In this document: positions 32,605 to 36,743 of the stretch, piece by piece
Numbering within the stretch: the first letter of the stretch is position 1
Layout: every line of letters begins with the position of its first letter
Assembly (NCBI RefSeq): GCF_001194135.2
Contig: NC_068981.1
Location: forward strand, 69,316,214-69,352,956
Source of the DNA: Octopus bimaculoides
Lineage: Eukaryota
Direction: 5' to 3'
Length of the DNA stretch: 36,743 nucleotides
Notes under the pieces: generated by a model
Databases searched by the model: none
What the model was told of the DNA's origin: nothing
What the model saw: only the letters and a program-made list of their open reading frames with translations
Program-made: the position numbers and the translations under genes

Positions 32605-35185
32605 AACAATTATGCCTAGTCTCCTCAATTGCGTGCTTCTTCGTACAAAGAATTTGATGTATAGAGATTAAAGTATAGAGAGATACATTAATCACATGAC
32701 AATTACATTTCAATGAAACGAAGTATGAAACTCGGATCTGGTTTCAAAAAGAAAAGATATTATACTTTGGCTAATATAATTTTCTTTGATGAACTACTGT
32801 AATTTATTTTGCCTCTTCCTGGTCAAGTCGTTTTTAAATAATTCAATCACTGCTTCATGTGTATTATATTCAACGTTTATAGCATTTGCCTTCCCAACAC
32901 ACATTTAATGTATTGCTGCAAGTTCCCTGCTGATATCTTTCCTGCTGCGGATGTTGCTATAGTTTGCTTTTGTATGATTCTGTGGCTGCAGTCGCTAAGA
33001 TATTGCTGTTCTTTTATTGCCTCTGCTTTGCTAGCTGCTGCTCCTTCAGAAGCTGCTATTTCAGCTGAAAGCATCGAAACAAGATGTCGTTAGAGTTGTG
33101 GCTTTTCTCATGAGAAGAGGCATAAGTACTTTTACTCATATTGTTGTTAACGCTGTTGTTATTGAAATAGTTGTCACGTTTATCATTACAGCTGTTAATA
33201 TTTGTTGCAATCCTTGCTACAAATGTAGCTGCGGTTCGAGTCAAACAGCACGTAAGGCTGTTTGTTATCGTTTTTTAACACTCACTCGGCCCTGAATGAG
33301 AATACCTATTCCTAAAGGCCATCCAGTATTCACTAATCTAGTCGCTTCGTTTTGCAAACTACATTGCTCAATGTACACTTTAATTTATAAGGCAGAACAG
33401 CAATATGAGTTGAAGGAGATACAAATGCTATTTTCAGCATGTCAAACCAGGATTAGATAGCTCCAACGTTGACCCGTCGGCCATCTTCGGTTGTAAAATC
33501 AGACAATGTGTCTACGCTCTCAGTTCCTCGGGTACAGAGTAAGATCAAATAGAGTTTATACAAAAGATATCAACATCAACAATGGGTAATATTTATTATT
33601 TACGCCGTAACAAATTTTCGTGAAAGTGTTCTATTTTTAGAGTGGTACTGGTGTTCAAAATGCGGAACGGATGTGAACTTAAAATGTAATACGACGCCGT
33701 TAAATGCCGGAAGGAAGATTCACTGGGTTCTGCCATTCTTTTATTAACGCTAAATTAAATGATTCACACCTAGGATTCTTACTCGGTCATGGAATTATTT
33801 ATTGCAACCATATTGATTTCTGCAAATTATACTGTACTCTTTAGAATACACCTGAAATATAACCATGTCTTACAGAAAGAATTCTGTACGACTATGAAAT
33901 ATAAATTGCATAACTAGCGAAGAGGGTAGCACAGAGTTAGCGCAACATATCAAATAATTGACCGAATGTGTTTGGTAGGAAAACATTTAATGATTAAACA
34001 GGACTATTTACTTAGCTGTGATTATAAATATAAATAAAAGAAATAAAGCGAACGCCTTTAACAGCAATGAACATACATTTAAGAGCAATGATGACCTAAC
34101 TAGGAATGTTTAGAATTACAAGTTTTCACCAAGATTTAAGTTAGATGAAGATGGTGTTTAATAAGATAACCTCTGTTGCATGGAGTAAATGGAAATGTTG
34201 TAAAGCCCTAGAAACACAAGCGAGCATCATACTAACGATTCATTAAAATATAAGAGCTGGGATGAAAACACAGACAAAATGATATGTAACAAATCTAACA
34301 GTAGTATTAAAGACCATAATGAGATTTATATTACTGCATTCACTTAAGCTCGCTTCCAGTCAAACGTGTAGACGAATAACCCAACATCTAAACAATTACA
34401 TGTATGATAACAATATAATTATAAAAAGCAATATATATATATATATANNNNNNNNNNNNNNNNNNNNNNNNNNNNNNNNNNNNNNNNNNNNNNNNNNNNN
34501 NNNNNNNNNNNNNNNNNNNNNNNNNNNNNNNNNNNNNNNNNNNNNNNNNNNNNNNNNNNNNNNNNNNNNNNNNNNNNNNNNNNNNNNNNNNNNNNNNNNN
34601 NNNNNNNNNNNNNNNNNNNNNNNNNNNNNNNNNNNNNNNNNNNNNNNNNNNNNNNNNNNNNNNNNNNNNNNNNNNNNNNNNNNNNNNNNNNNNNNNNNNN
34701 NNNNNNNNNNNNNNNNNNNNNNNNNNNNNNNNNNNNNNNNNNNNNNNNNNNNNNNNNNNNNNNNNNNNNNNNNNNNNNNNNNNNNNNNNNNNNNNNNNNN
34801 NNNNNNNNNNNNNNNNNNNNNNNNNNNNNNNNNNNNNNNNNNNNNNNNNNNNNNNNNNNNNNNNNNNNNNNNNNNNNNNNNNNNNNNNNNNNNNNNNNNN
34901 NNNNNNNNNNNNNNNNNNNNNNNNNNNNNNNNNNNNNNNNNNNNNNNNNNNNNNNNNNNNNNNNNNNNNNNNNNNNNNNNNNNNNNNNNNNNNNNNNNNN
35001 NNNNNNNNNNNNNNNNNNNNNNNNNNNNNNNNNNNNNNNNNNNNNNNNNNNNNNNNNNNNNNNNNNNNNNNNNNNNNNNNNNNNNNNNNNNNNNNNNNNN
35101 NNNNNNNNNNNNNNNNNNNNNNNNNNNNNNNNNNNNNNNNNNNNNNNNNNNNNNNNNNNNNNNNNNNNNNNNNNNNNNNNNNNNN

Positions 35186-35225
<40 letters not shown>

Positions 35226-35274
35226 ATACACATACACATACACATATATACACATACACATACATACATATACA

Positions 35275-35574
35275 TATACTTTTTCATCCTGTTTTGTATA
35301 TTTTCATGGGTCAACTATAAAAAATAGATTTGAATGGTTTCTGCTTTTATTGGATGTGTATTGCTAATAATAATGATGGTGATGATAGCAATAATAATGG
35401 GACCCTGAGGAGATGGAGTATCCTATATTTTATAATATTTTATAATATTTTATGATATGTATTAATCATTCTGGATGTTCTATCGAAATATACATAGATC
35501 TATTTATTTGTTATTATTATTGTTATTGTTGTAATAAATTATTTTCAACGGATTTTGAGCTCTATTGAAAGTTG
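35275..35574. mobile_element. Second copy of the MITE-like family at 11391-11778 (left TIR missing)
   Basis: Colinear similarity throughout: TTTTCATCCTG..TTTTCAT(T/G)GGTCAACTAT..ATTTGAATG..GTATCC..TTTTATAATATTTTATAATATT..TTCTGGAT..ATCGAAAT..ATTTTCAA(T/C)GGAT..TTTTGAGCT. The right end TATTGAAAGTTG matches the TIR at 9/12 and is followed by AT repeats. Confidence 0.75.
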
Positions 35575-35671
35575 ATATATATTCAAAAGCTCAAATTTGA
35601 TTTTTTTTTCTAAGATTGTTAACAGATACTATATTTTTTACAAAATTTTTGGGTAAAAACATATATATTTA

Positions 35672-35777
<106 letters not shown>

Positions 35778-36743
35778 TGAGCTTAGAGCTGCGGCCATGT
35801 TGATATATCTCCGTATTGTGGATGGAAATTGTAAAAATGTAAATATACACATATATGCGTGTGTTCATAAGTGTGTAACTTGTGTGTTTTTGTGGGGACA
35901 TTGCCGCGCGCACGTGTGTGTGTGTGTGCATGCCATAAAAGCATATTTCTTACCGGAATTCTGTTTCTTCTTGATTACCTTTTGTCACGTTGCAGCACGT
36001 CTTCACAATTTACCTTATGTGTTGTTATTCTAGTCATTAGCTTCGTCTACTCTCTCAAGTAAAACGTCGGGCCAATTTTCTGTCATGAGAATTACCTCGT
36101 TTTCTCGATTTCTAATCACTCGATGCAAAAGACCTATTTGCGTGTTGCTGTATTTTCAAGAATCATTTTTGTAGATTTTTTTTCTCGGCTTGTCTTGTTT
36201 TCCTTATCCGTTTTCGTTCACTGCTTGAATCTACTTTATTAACTTCACATATTCACTATATGCTCTATTATTTATCCTTTTAGTACCTTTCTTAGTCATT
36301 ATTTCTGAATACAATTCCCTCTCTTTTTTCTATCTAAATTAAAATGTACCTTCAAATCATTGTTTTTTTAACGTCTTCGTATGCCCTCGATGCCATACAA
36401 GAATTAATACCACTGATATTTTCCCTATTTCTCATTCTTAATTACCTTTCCATTATTCATTGATATTACTTTTGCTATTTTATCAGGTTTCACATCTAAT
36501 ACCGTCTTTATTGTCGAGTTCCATCTTTCCTCTTTCCATATCTCTCATAATTCATTAACCACCTGCTAGCTTGTTTCCAGCCCGGTTACCCTATTTTTTG
36601 GCTAACTACTGACTAATCTCAATTTGTAAGACAGATAGACATTTTTTTTCTTTTATATAAACGCATTAACATACGCATTTTCTGTATATGTATGTATATA
36701 TATATATATGTGTGTATATGTATGTATATATATATATATATAT

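Larger units (their letters stand above)
1052..35186. other. Ten assembly gaps (N): 1052-1269, 4116-4175, 7036-7045, 7376-8141, 9320-10196, 12677-13645, 15822-16399, 17498-17662, 27617-27626, 34448-35186
   Basis: Counted directly, about 4.4 kb in total. Most are bordered by (TA)n, (CA)n or (GA)n, which suggests short-read contig breaks. Confidence 0.97.

Noticed and set aside
32857-33295. Ala/Gln/Asn-rich short ORFs that could be a host exon
   Set aside because: The Gln-rich frame has several stops and no domain is recognisable. It is best explained as a decayed CAG/CAA/AAC triplet region. RNA-seq splice evidence would overturn this.
7160-35320. Long ORFs (220-396 aa) spanning N gaps, and many short YI/HT/CV-repeat ORFs
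   Set aside because: They are open only because N-runs and dinucleotide repeats contain no stops. They carry no real coding signal.

Overview
AT-rich, microsatellite-saturated animal genomic DNA. About 12% is N, in 10 gaps, most bordered by microsatellites. The SINE families look like octopus repeats, so this is probably an Octopus short-read scaffold (inference). I found no supportable host protein-coding exon, tRNA or rRNA gene, or CRISPR array, so the window reads as intergenic or intronic. Most listed ORFs are artefacts of N-runs or simple repeats. The real content is transposon debris: (i) two Penelope-like (PLE) pieces in opposite orientation, a GIY-YIG endonuclease/linker at 1-401 (-) and an RT/thumb at 1301-2072 (+); (ii) a decayed near-complete mariner with both TIRs (19382-20528), plus two other Tc1/mariner fragments; (iii) two decayed copies of a Hero-like non-LTR RT (23160-23432 and 27650-28840); (iv) about a dozen tRNA-derived SINE copies from 2-3 families, including a trimer cluster and a TSD-flanked dimer; (v) three TA-bounded MITE-like elements, one a 337-bp near-perfect palindrome; (vi) a Helitron-like non-autonomous element. 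The most interesting structures are the split, inverted PLE, the long palindrome, the SINE dimer and the unclassified MITE family. I see no convincing novel host system. All family assignments come from hand translation and remembered consensus motifs, not database searches.
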